From: Prevotella sp.
Lineage (GTDB): Bacteria > Bacteroidota > Bacteroidia > Bacteroidales > Dysgonomonadaceae
DNA length: 64,000 nt
Direction: 5' to 3'
NCBI GenBank assembly: GCA_031285625.1
Contig: JAITVV010000063.1
Location: forward strand, 32,001 to 96,000
Made by a program: the position numbers and the translations under genes. Shown piece after piece: positions 1-9,082 of this stretch (position 1 is the stretch's first letter; each line of letters opens with the position of its first letter). A model generated the notes under the pieces. The model searched no databases. It was not told the origin of the DNA and worked only from the letters and a program-made list of their open reading frames with translations.

Positions 1-2008
1 TCAGATTATTTATCCATTCTATATTATCTTTTATAAAGTTCTCTTCAGAAAGCCTCCATCCAAGCGATACTCCGGGAAAGAATCCCCATCTTTTGCCTGA
101 GGCAAAGATATAGGAACCATCATTTCTGAAATTGAACTGAGCCATATATTTTCCGGCATAATCATATGCTAATCTACCGAAATAACTCCTACGGGCCTGT
201 TCAAAAGCGCTTCCTCCCACATCAAGATATTCTTTATTGGTGCTTCCGGCAAAGAGTTGGTCAATAGCTGTAGACAGATAGTTGGAACGCCATGCCCAAA
301 AGTCGTTTCCTTTATTTTCGTTCTGCTCGTAACCTAACATTAAATCAACTCCATGCAGAGAATTGAAAGTTCTTTTGTAGTTTATCTTAGCATTCAACGT
401 AAATGATGTTCTAGGCACATAGTCTTGTCTGAGTTCGGCAAAATCGCGTCCTCCATTTTTCTTTTTTTCATAGACGTTCGTCGCTTCATCCCATACATAG
501 TAATAGAAAGGTGTCTTCCATTCTTTCTTCTCCATGCCTTCTTTATCAAAAGCCATATAACCGTCGACAGACAGCCCCTCTGTCAACCAAGACAAATCTA
601 AAGTAGCAGAAAACGTACTATTAAAAACAGATTTATTGTATTTTCTATATCCGGTTTCACTGGTAACTAACGTCACAGGATTTCCGATATCCATCCCGGC
701 TGTTGGTAATCCATTAGGATAACGAGCCAGAGATGTAGGGAAAGAACGTGTTAATGTGTAAAAAATAGTTCCGCTATCGTAACCTGAATAATGCTGGTCT
801 TCAATTCTTCCGGCAAGGTCAACCGATACCTTCAGATGTTTTGTTATTTGAGCATCAATATTTGACCTGACATTATATTGTTTATAATAAGTATCACTCT
901 TCTTATATATTGCATCCTGATCCGAATATCCTCCTCCTATAAAATATTTAACTCGATCATTACCTCCTCTTATAGACAGGTTATGCTTTTGCTGTAAAGT
1001 ATTTTTTCTAAGAGTTTGGTCAAACCAATCTGTATTAGGATAATGGACAGGGTCTGAGCCATTGCGAAATTTTTCGATTTCTTCGGCTGTATATCTTGGT
1101 GTACGGCCTTCATACTCTTCCACTTCATTAAATACCTGAGCAAATGTTGCTGCATCAGCCATCTTCGGCAAACGAGTCGGTTGCTGAACTCCTACATTAT
1201 ATGAATAGTTTATTGTAGGCTTACCTTCTTTACCGCGCTTTGTGGTAATGAGTATAACACCATTAGCCGAACGCGATCCATAAATAGCAGCCGATGCGTC
1301 TTTCAATACTGTGATACTCTCTATATCATCCGGATTGATTCTATCCCAGTTTCCACTTCTATTGGCAATTCCATCTATAAGAATCAAAGGATCCGTATTT
1401 CCGCTTGTACTCTTACCTCTGATACTGATAGATGCCCCATCTGAACCCGGCTCTCCGTTTCTCACATTCATAATTACCCCGGAGATTCTACCTTGCAATG
1501 ATTGCCCGATATTCATTGACGGGCTTTTTACAATATCCTCTCCTTTTGTTGTTGATATGGATCCGGTTACCAATCCTTTCTTTTGTGTTCCGTAACCAAC
1601 AACCATGACTTCATTTAGCTGCTGGTTATCTTCTTTAAGAATCACATTTATTTCTTTTTTCTCTTTAGTCTGTATTTCCTGGGCAATGTATCCTACATAA
1701 GAGAATACCAAAGTCGAATTACTATCTGTTACATCTATGATGAATTTACCATCCATATCAGTAATTGTACCTTGTGTAGTACCTTTTACCACCACGGAAA
1801 CCCCAATAAGAGGCTCGCTATTTTCATCTGTTACTGTTCCTGTCACTGTTCGTTTTTGCTGTTGGCTAAGCTCCTGCAAACCACTGTTAGCATAAGTACA
1901 CAATGGAGAAACCAGCAACATAGCTAATGTTAGTATTATAGCTGAAAAAGAAGAGGATATATATATTCTCTGCCTTTTCGCTTTAAATAAGAGTTTTTTA
2001 TGTTTCAT
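1..2008 (-). CDS. susC: SusC/RagA-family TonB-dependent outer membrane transporter (5' part; runs off the left edge)
   Basis: Not in the ORF track because it is open at the edge. ATG at 2008-2006 gives MKHKKLLF..., then VTGTVTDENSEPLIGVSVVVKGT, IESITVLKDASAAIYGSRSANGV and RWGFFPGVSLGWRLSEE near position 1, all SusC hallmarks. Confidence 0.95.
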   Translation of the reverse strand, partial: MKHKKLLFKAKRQRIYISSSFSAIILTLAMLLVSPLCTYANSGLQELSQQQKRTVTGTVTDENSEPLIGVSVVVKGTTQGTITDMDGKFIIDVTDSNSTLVFSYVGYIAQEIQTKEKKEINVILKEDNQQLNEVMVVGYGTQKKGLVTGSISTTKGEDIVKSPSMNIGQSLQGRISGVIMNVRNGEPGSDGASISIRGKSTSGNTDPLILIDGIANRSGNWDRINPDDIESITVLKDASAAIYGSRSANGVILITTKRGKEGKPTINYSYNVGVQQPTRLPKMADAATFAQVFNEVEEYEGRTPRYTAEEIEKFRNGSDPVHYPNTDWFDQTLRKNTLQQKHNLSIRGGNDRVKYFIGGGYSDQDAIYKKSDTYYKQYNVRSNIDAQITKHLKVSVDLAGRIEDQHYSGYDSGTIFYTLTRSFPTSLARYPNGLPTAGMDIGNPVTLVTSETGYRKYNKSVFNSTFSATLDLSWLTEGLSVDGYMAFDKEGMEKKEWKTPFYYYVWDEATNVYEKKKNGGRDFAELRQDYVPRTSFTLNAKINYKRTFNSLHGVDLMLGYEQNENKGNDFWAWRSNYLSTAIDQLFAGSTNKEYLDVGGSAFEQARRSYFGRLAYDYAGKYMAQFNFRNDGSYIFASGKRWGFFPGVSLGWRLSEENFIKDNIEWINNL

Positions 2009-2180
2009 AGTTTTATATTATTTTTAGAATTGTATTTTTCACAATTAATTATCTGGTAAATATGTCGAGACACTCGAATCTTATTATAATATCATGTAAT
2101 TAGTTTTTTCTTATATCATAGGCAACTATGTTTTGGGTTAACAATAAAGGCAAGCTCTGAGGTAATAATATTTACCACAA

Positions 2181-2245
2181 CAAAATTAGATTTTGAACAT
2201 ATACACAGATTTCGTGTTTTGATACTAACATTTAATATTTTGATA
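2181..2245 (-). promoter_or_regulatory. susC promoter (-7 TAATTTTG) with upstream TATCAAAA direct repeats, putative AraC site
   Basis: Minus-strand TAATTTTG at 2181-2188 fits the Bacteroidetes TAnnTTTG element. TTTTGATA at 2217-2224 and 2238-2245 repeats with a 21-bp period. Confidence 0.55.
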
Positions 2246-2385
2246 TATTTATAAATGCTAATAGATCAGCAGTTTTTCTATCATTTCTATCACATGAATT
2301 TATAATATTGAGATAAAATTTATCAAGCAGTTTATATTCTGCTAAAGAATTATTCATATGTTAATATTATTCAAAATCATAATAT

Positions 2386-3279
2386 TCAAATTTCTTTTCC
2401 TTGTGTTATTTCCCTGTATTTGATTGGTGTCAAACCAACTTTTTTCTTAAAAAGAGTACAGAAATAATCAGGGTTTTCGAAACCTACTTCATAAGCAATT
2501 TCCTGACTGGACAGGTCAGTATTAGTTAATAATTCCTTGCATTTTTGCACTTTCAATTCAATAAGGAATTGAGATGGAGGAAATCCGGTGTATTGTTTAA
2601 ATAATTTTCGAAACCATGAATACCCCATATTAACCTGACTGGCTATTTCTTCCGGAGTAATATTATTACTAAAATTTTCATACATAATAATTTTAGCCCG
2701 ATTGATTTGTTTTACAACTCTCAGATCTTCAAAGGAAGCATGCTTATTCTGTGAATATGCAAATCCCAATAAGTAATTTACAATCCCGGCAAGCATTTGT
2801 TGGAAGCCTGTATTCTGCTCTCTCGATATATTTATGGCCTGATTGAAAAGCTGTATAATATCATCCCTGATACCTATATTAAAGACAGGCTTATCTTTGC
2901 GAAAAAAACCATTTTCAATCCTATTATCAATATTAATTCCCTTAAATCCTATCCAGTATTCATCCCATCCTGTCAATGAATCGGGCTTATAACTATGCCA
3001 TTCACCGGGAAAAAGAAGAAACATATTACCTTCTTTGATATTGGTCAATTTTTGGCTCTTCGAAATAAAGCTTCCCCTTCCTCTTACGATATAGATCAGT
3101 TGATATTCATCCAGAATACGTCCGCGCTCTGTTGAAAAAAGATAGCGGGTAGGATGATTTCCGGGAGGATAAGGCGAATTCTTCTTTATATGCTGAAAGC
3201 CTACTGAACTAACTGTTAGTCCCCATAAAATATCTTGGTCACTTGCTATTAAGTATTTAATATGAGATGTGTTTTTCAT
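2386..3279 (-). CDS. AraC-family transcriptional regulator (cupin ligand-binding domain + HTH)
   Basis: N-terminal cupin (EYQLIYIVRGRG...LFPGEWHSY) and C-terminal AraC HTH (EIAYEVGFENPDYFCTLFKKKVGLTP). Confidence 0.93.
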   Translation of the reverse strand: MKNTSHIKYLIASDQDILWGLTVSSVGFQHIKKNSPYPPGNHPTRYLFSTERGRILDEYQLIYIVRGRGSFISKSQKLTNIKEGNMFLLFPGEWHSYKPDSLTGWDEYWIGFKGINIDNRIENGFFRKDKPVFNIGIRDDIIQLFNQAINISREQNTGFQQMLAGIVNYLLGFAYSQNKHASFEDLRVVKQINRAKIIMYENFSNNITPEEIASQVNMGYSWFRKLFKQYTGFPPSQFLIELKVQKCKELLTNTDLSSQEIAYEVGFENPDYFCTLFKKKVGLTPIKYREITQGKEI

Positions 3280-3356
3280 ATGTTATCATTTTTTTGAATA
3301 GGTATTATAAACAGGTAATATGCAGATCACTTATAACACTATAAGACAAACAAATA

Positions 3357-3422
3357 CAAATGTAAAGCATTACATTATAGAGGAATTTAAGAATACCAAA
3401 ATGATAAATCTTTGTATCAAAA
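3357..3422 (-). promoter_or_regulatory. araC promoter (-7 TACATTTG) with TAYCAAAA direct repeats
   Basis: Minus-strand TACATTTG at 3357-3364. TACCAAAA at 3394-3401 and TATCAAAA at 3415-3422 on the plus strand, 21-bp period. Confidence 0.5.
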
Positions 3423-3535
3423 AGTCAAATACTCCAGATGTGATAAATAAGAAATAAATACCCTGATGCAGTATGAAGGTTTCAGCAAGATGACAACAGT
3501 GAAGTTTTTTAATATGATAAAAATTCCCAAAAAGA

Positions 3536-3565
3536 AAGCCTTCTAAATTTTAGTTTAGAAGGCTT
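3536..3565 (-). terminator. Intrinsic terminator after icd
   Basis: 12-bp inverted repeat AAGCCTTCTAAA / TTTAGAAGGCTT followed by a T-rich tract on the minus strand. Confidence 0.85.
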
Positions 3566-3587
3566 AAGATATATTCTTAATAAAATA

Positions 3588-4817
3588 TTACACTACACCC
3601 AGTTTCGTTTTTAATCCTTGTGCAATAGTATTCAGGAAATCTTCTGTATTGAGATAATCACCCCTGTGCATGGTATCACCATATACAAGCAAAGCAAGAT
3701 CTTTAGTCATTTTACCCCTTTCTACAGTCTCGATACATACCTCCTCCAGTTTTCGGGTAAAATCTACAAGAGCCCAGTTTTCATCAAGTTTTCCTCTATG
3801 CGCCAAACCTCTTGTCCATGCAAAAATAGATGCTATCGGATTTGTCGATGTTTCTTTTCCTTGCTGGTATTGGCGGTAATGACGGGTTACTGTTCCGTGC
3901 GCAGCTTCAGCTTCCATTGTTTTTCCATCAGGAGTAAGAAGTACAGATGTCATTAATCCCAATGAGCCGAATCCTTGAGCCACTGTATCTGACTGAACAT
4001 CACCATCGTAATTTTTACATGCCCAGACAAATCCACCGTCCCATTTCAATGCAGCAGCCACCATATCATCTATTAATCGATGCTCATATGTAAGTCCTGC
4101 TTTTTCGTATGCTTCTCTATATTCTTTTTCATATACTTCCTGAAATATATCCTTGAAGCGTCCGTCATAAGCTTTTAGTATCGTATTTTTTGTTGACAGA
4201 TATAGCGGGTATTTTTTCTGCAGTGCCAGTTTGAAGCAGGAGTGCGCAAATCCATAGATAGACTCATCTGTATTGTACATAGCCATAGCAACGCCGTCTC
4301 CATTGTAATCATACACAATATGGGTTTGAGGTTCTCCTCCTTCAGGGGTGAAAGTTATGGTAAGTTTTCCCTTACCTTTGGTAACAAAATCGGTTGCCTT
4401 ATACTGATCGGCATGGGCATGACGTCCTATTACAATCGGTTTTGTCCATGTAGTTACCAGACGTGGTATATTGCTCATAATAATAGGCTCCCGGAAAACC
4501 GTTCCTCCAATAATATTACGAATAGTTCCATTTGGTGATTTCCACATCTTTTTCAGTCCGAATTCTTCTACTCTGGCTTCATCAGGAGTAATGGTCGCAC
4601 ATTTTACAGCCACATGGTATTTTTTTGTAGCTTCGGCACTGTCAATAGTTACCTGATCGTTAGTTGCATCGCGATTCTGAATACTCAAATCATAATATTT
4701 GAGGTCAATATCCAGGTAAGGTAATATCAGTTTATCTTTAATATATCGCCATATTATCCGTGTCATTTCATCCCCGTCCATTTCCACTACAGGGTTTGTC
4801 ACTTTTATCTTTTGCAT
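3588..4817 (-). CDS. icd: NADP-dependent isocitrate dehydrogenase
   Basis: [44 protein letters not shown] and [12 protein letters not shown] motifs. Confidence 0.98.
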   Translation of the reverse strand: MQKIKVTNPVVEMDGDEMTRIIWRYIKDKLILPYLDIDLKYYDLSIQNRDATNDQVTIDSAEATKKYHVAVKCATITPDEARVEEFGLKKMWKSPNGTIRNIIGGTVFREPIIMSNIPRLVTTWTKPIVIGRHAHADQYKATDFVTKGKGKLTITFTPEGGEPQTHIVYDYNGDGVAMAMYNTDESIYGFAHSCFKLALQKKYPLYLSTKNTILKAYDGRFKDIFQEVYEKEYREAYEKAGLTYEHRLIDDMVAAALKWDGGFVWACKNYDGDVQSDTVAQGFGSLGLMTSVLLTPDGKTMEAEAAHGTVTRHYRQYQQGKETSTNPIASIFAWTRGLAHRGKLDENWALVDFTRKLEEVCIETVERGKMTKDLALLVYGDTMHRGDYLNTEDFLNTIAQGLKTKLGVV

Positions 4818-4842
4818 ATCGTTATTAAATTTAAGTGATACA

Positions 4843-5721
4843 TTATTGTTTCTTTTGTATATCCTTCAGCCACATTTCAAGCAAGGATAACATTTCTATA
4901 TGATATTTGAAGTTCTCTCTCATACCCCATCCATGGCCTCCTTCGGGAAAGATATACATAGTAGCGGGAATATTATTATTTTTCAGTGCTTCGTAGTATT
5001 TTATACTATTTGCCGGCTGTACACTTCCATCATCGTCACTCAGAAGCAATATGGTTGGAGGAGTATTCACATTAACCTGTTTCTCATTCGAGAAGGTATA
5101 AATATCCGTTTGGGAAGGGTTACTACCCAGCAAATTCATCTTGGAACCTCCATGAGTCGCAACTTCCATAGTTATAACAGGATAGAATAAGATTGTAAAA
5201 TCGGGCCGGGTACTTGTACCTGATTTGGCAAAATGAGTGGAAGTTGTTGCTGCCAAATGTCCTCCGGCAGAAAAACCAGCTATGCCAACCTTATTTTTAT
5301 CTATATTCAATTCCGCAGCATGATCACGAATATAGCGCACAGCCTGCTGCGCATCATCCAAAGGAACTTCCTTATGTTGATTAGGCATCCGGTACTTAAG
5401 TATAATACCTGCTATCCCTTGTTTGTTAAGCCATTGGGCAAACTGTACACCTTCATGCTGAAAAGCAAGGCCGGCATACCCGCCACCCGGGCAAATAAGC
5501 ACAGCCATTTGTGTATTTATCGACTTTTCTGGTAGATAGATAGTCAAATCCGGTACAGATACATTCCTAACTCCACCATTTTCATGTTTTTCCGGTTCGG
5601 ATATTTCATTACTGGTTGGCGGATTTCCCTCCCATAGTTTCACTACTTTCTGTGCATTCATATTTACAGATATTAAAAGGAAGAGAATACAACCAAATAT
5701 AACTTTGGATAAATTAATCAT
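4843..5721 (-). CDS. Secreted alpha/beta hydrolase (carbohydrate esterase-like)
   Basis: Signal peptide, CPGGGY oxyanion loop, GFSAGG nucleophile, DDGSV and GGHGWG catalytic Asp/His. Confidence 0.88.
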   Translation of the reverse strand: MINLSKVIFGCILFLLISVNMNAQKVVKLWEGNPPTSNEISEPEKHENGGVRNVSVPDLTIYLPEKSINTQMAVLICPGGGYAGLAFQHEGVQFAQWLNKQGIAGIILKYRMPNQHKEVPLDDAQQAVRYIRDHAAELNIDKNKVGIAGFSAGGHLAATTSTHFAKSGTSTRPDFTILFYPVITMEVATHGGSKMNLLGSNPSQTDIYTFSNEKQVNVNTPPTILLLSDDDGSVQPANSIKYYEALKNNNIPATMYIFPEGGHGWGMRENFKYHIEMLSLLEMWLKDIQKKQ

Positions 5722-5750
5722 TACTCATCAGTTTAGAGGACGACATTTTT

Positions 5751-5833
5751 CAAAGATAGAAAAATTCAAGGTTATATCAAAGACACAATAAGAAAGATAT
5801 ATCAATTCATTTGTAGATTTTTGACTATCTTTG
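5751..5833. promoter_or_regulatory. Divergent promoters for the esterase-icd unit and trpS
   Basis: TATCTTTG on the minus strand at 5751-5758 and on the plus strand at 5826-5833. Confidence 0.6.
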
Positions 5834-5865
5834 TGCCTTAAAAAATGAAAATATAAAATTTAAAT

Positions 5866-6855
5866 ATGGAAACAGTTTTAAGTGGTATAAGATCCACAGG
5901 AAGACTGCACCTAGGCAACTATTTTGGTGCACTCAGAAATTTTACAAGAATGCAATATGAAAACAAATGTTTCTTTTTTATTGCTGACTATCATTCACTG
6001 ACTACTCATCCCGACCCTAAAGCACTGCATGAGAATGTCAAGAGTGTATTGGTTGATTATCTTGCAGCAGGTATCGATCCTGAAGCATCAACAATATATA
6101 TTCAAAGCGATATGCCCGAGGTATGTGAGCTATACTTATTATTGAATATGCATGCATATCTGGGTGAGTTGTCGAAAACTGTTTCGTTTAAAGAGAAAGC
6201 CAGAAAACATCAGGATAACGTGAATGCTGGTTTACTTACTTACCCTACCCTTATGGCGGCAGATATATTAATACATAATGCCGATAAAGTTCCTGTAGGA
6301 AAAGATCAGGAACAACATCTTGAGATGACCCGTAAGTTTGCTCGCCGCTTCAATAACCTATATGGAGTAGAATACTTTAAAGAACCCGTTGCATATAACT
6401 TTGGGGAGGAGCTTATTAAGATACCAGGACTTGATGGCAGCGGCAAGATGGGAAAATCTGAAGGTAATTGTATTTATCTGGATGAAGATCCTAAAAGTAT
6501 TGAAAAGAAGGTAAAACGTGCCCTGACAGATGAAGGTCCTAAAGCCCTAAATTCAGAAAAACCAGATTATATAGAGAATCTGTTTACCATCCTTAATGTT
6601 GTCTCTACAAAAGAGGTTGTTCAACATTTTGAAGATAAATGGAATACTTGTGAAATACGCTATGGAGATCTAAAGAAACAACTGGCAGAGGATATTATAA
6701 AAGTAACGACTCCTATAAGAGAGCGCATTATTGAGATACAAAATGATGATGCCTACCTGCATAAAGTGGTAACTGAAGGTGCTGAAAAGGCTAGAGAAAG
6801 TGCCCGTAAAACAGTAGCGGAAGTACGCGAAATAATGGGATTCAAGAAGTTCTGA
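5866..6855 (+). CDS. trpS: Tryptophan--tRNA ligase
   Basis: HLGN (HIGH) and KMGKS (KMSKS) motifs, VPVGKDQEQHLE, YGDLKK. Confidence 0.98.
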   Translation: METVLSGIRSTGRLHLGNYFGALRNFTRMQYENKCFFFIADYHSLTTHPDPKALHENVKSVLVDYLAAGIDPEASTIYIQSDMPEVCELYLLLNMHAYLGELSKTVSFKEKARKHQDNVNAGLLTYPTLMAADILIHNADKVPVGKDQEQHLEMTRKFARRFNNLYGVEYFKEPVAYNFGEELIKIPGLDGSGKMGKSEGNCIYLDEDPKSIEKKVKRALTDEGPKALNSEKPDYIENLFTILNVVSTKEVVQHFEDKWNTCEIRYGDLKKQLAEDIIKVTTPIRERIIEIQNDDAYLHKVVTEGAEKARESARKTVAEVREIMGFKKF

Positions 6856-6873
6856 ATTCCGGATAAATCAAAA

Positions 6874-6915
6874 ATAAAAAAGAAGGGCTTTCAAATGAAA
6901 GCCCTTCTTTTTTAT
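6874..6915. terminator. Bidirectional intrinsic terminator
   Basis: ATAAAAAAGAAGGGCTTTCA-AA-TGAAAGCCCTTCTTTTTTAT between convergent genes. Confidence 0.92.
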
Positions 6916-6925
6916 ATAATCTGAA

Positions 6926-8698
6926 CTATTTATTCTCCTGTACATATTTTATAGCCCAAGCCATTGCGTTAGCATAGAATGCACTATTATATACTGTCTG
7001 AGCAGGTGAACCATATGGATATTTAGGGGTAGGCCTTCCCTGATTATCATTTGTACAAGGCCAGATTGTAGTAGATGGGGTAGCCCTATCACCGGCTGAG
7101 AAACCACCATCACCTATCCATAAAAAATTGTTATACACAAAGATTTCTCCGTTTGAACTTAAAGATGTTGCCCCTGCAGGTATACTATTTACCCTGAATG
7201 TAGTACCGGCATCATCACCCCAATACTTACCTCTAACATCTCCAAACGGACCATTAAGTAAAGTATTATCTATATTAGGGAACATATATAATGCTCCACC
7301 TCCACCACCATAGCTCATTGTAACTGAACTACCACAAATTGCATTTATCATTGCCGCATCAGCAACACCATTATCCTGGGTCATAGCTATAAGAACACCT
7401 TTTTTATTCTGCACAAAGTCTACTAAAGCTGCATTATCAGTTGCATTTGTGTGGAAGTTATATCCTATTACAATGATATCAGGGTTATTACTGTTTATTC
7501 TGGCAGCAACTGTTCCTGTTGTATATCCTGCATCTGCAATGGTTATATTTTGCGTAGGGAACGTTCCGTTAGACCCAAAGTTAGCACTTGATTCCAGTAT
7601 AGCTCTTGAACTTTGCACTGTTGTTGCAGTTGCAGGCTGGTATGTACCCCATCCAAAGCCTAAAATTTTCATAGATCTATAGCTTACTGTAATATTTTTG
7701 TCACACGTAACATCCGCACCGGCAGTTTCTCCTGTAATGGTAATTGGTAGAGTACCAGCTTGAGTTGGCTTACCAGAAGAGAGTAAAGTCACTGTTTGAA
7801 GTCCGGTAGTACCCGCAGGCCATTGCCCACTACGGCTAAAATGCATACCTGCAGCTTCTGCAGTAAATGTATAATTACCATGACCAGTAACGTCTACCTG
7901 TACAGTAATATAGTGTGTCGAATTAAGATCAGAATTGATAATATAGTTTCCTGATATTGTTGTTGAAGCACAATTTATGGTATATGTTGCCTTGTCGATA
8001 GCCGGGGCAACCGGAATCTTAGGTAAGCTTGCAGGATCGCAACCAAGTATTACATTTTCATCATTGAATGAAAAATTTAACTGATCAGAATAAGTAGTAC
8101 CGCCCATAATAGGGGTTCCTGCTCCTGCTAGTTTCAGAAGATAACTACCAACATCAAGAAATGTACCATTAGTAGAAAACGAATATCCATTTCCTGTAGT
8201 TGCAATTATATTGTATGTACCTGCTTTGGTCACTGTGGCTGGTACAGTAATATATGAGGCACTCCCGTCAAGAGGTGTTCCCTGACGATAATTTGTTGGA
8301 ATATAATCGGGCTCACCACCGTTTGGGAATACCCGAAATTGTGTACAATCGAAAGTAGCTTCTGCAGGACCTATATCACCACAAAGACTTTTAAATTCTT
8401 TCCCGTTCCAGACCATAACACAACCTGTAGTTGTATTAAATATAACCATCCCATCAGCTCTGGTCTTTTCCGTTGTTGGTAACTGATTAATGTTTGAAGT
8501 TAAAACACTTATTTCCGCTGTACTTAATTGCGGCAATCGAAAACCTTTAGGTCCGGAAGTATTTTCGGAAATGAGTTCTAAAACCGATATATCTAAAGGT
8601 TCTTTTTCATTTCCAATTGTGACCTGTCCCGATAAATTAATTAACCCTCCCAGTATCAGAAATAGGTTTGTCAAGAGAAGCGTTAGTTTTGTTGTCAT
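6926..8698 (-). CDS. Hypothetical secreted protein with two tandem beta-rich repeats
   Basis: 590-aa ORF with signal peptide, QVTIG...GFRLPQL...GMVIFNTT..C...WNG N-terminal module, two ~105-115 aa Thr/Gly-rich repeats and a C-terminal alpha/beta domain. Confidence 0.8.
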   Translation of the reverse strand: MTTKLTLLLTNLFLILGGLINLSGQVTIGNEKEPLDISVLELISENTSGPKGFRLPQLSTAEISVLTSNINQLPTTEKTRADGMVIFNTTTGCVMVWNGKEFKSLCGDIGPAEATFDCTQFRVFPNGGEPDYIPTNYRQGTPLDGSASYITVPATVTKAGTYNIIATTGNGYSFSTNGTFLDVGSYLLKLAGAGTPIMGGTTYSDQLNFSFNDENVILGCDPASLPKIPVAPAIDKATYTINCASTTISGNYIINSDLNSTHYITVQVDVTGHGNYTFTAEAAGMHFSRSGQWPAGTTGLQTVTLLSSGKPTQAGTLPITITGETAGADVTCDKNITVSYRSMKILGFGWGTYQPATATTVQSSRAILESSANFGSNGTFPTQNITIADAGYTTGTVAARINSNNPDIIVIGYNFHTNATDNAALVDFVQNKKGVLIAMTQDNGVADAAMINAICGSSVTMSYGGGGGALYMFPNIDNTLLNGPFGDVRGKYWGDDAGTTFRVNSIPAGATSLSSNGEIFVYNNFLWIGDGGFSAGDRATPSTTIWPCTNDNQGRPTPKYPYGSPAQTVYNSAFYANAMAWAIKYVQENK

Positions 8699-9082
8699 AA
8701 TCTTTTGTCTATTTTGAGTTCATTAATACCATAATAATCAGGCATCAATCCCCATTATTGGTTATCCATATGAAAGAATCAATATAGGAACAACCAATAA
8801 AACCCAATGGTTCAATCAGTTTGAACTATTGAGTGTTTTTCTTTAGACGATTCAAAAGCTTGTGAAATCTTCTTAATACCAGAACAAACTATCAAGTTAG
8901 GGCAAATAGTTACTGGAGTCTGAAAAGAGAATTTTATGCTTATTGCTCGTTGTCTTTGTCTTGCCTTTTATCAGATTGCAAAAATATATAAAAAACTGCA
9001 ATAAACAACAGTTAGAATGTTAAACTTGTTAGAACGACACATAGAATGAAATATCATTCTAACAAATTTAACAAATTAGATA

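Noticed and set aside
970-1595. Short ORFs 970..1155 and 1311..1595
   Set aside because: Alternate-frame and antisense shadows of the truncated susC gene.
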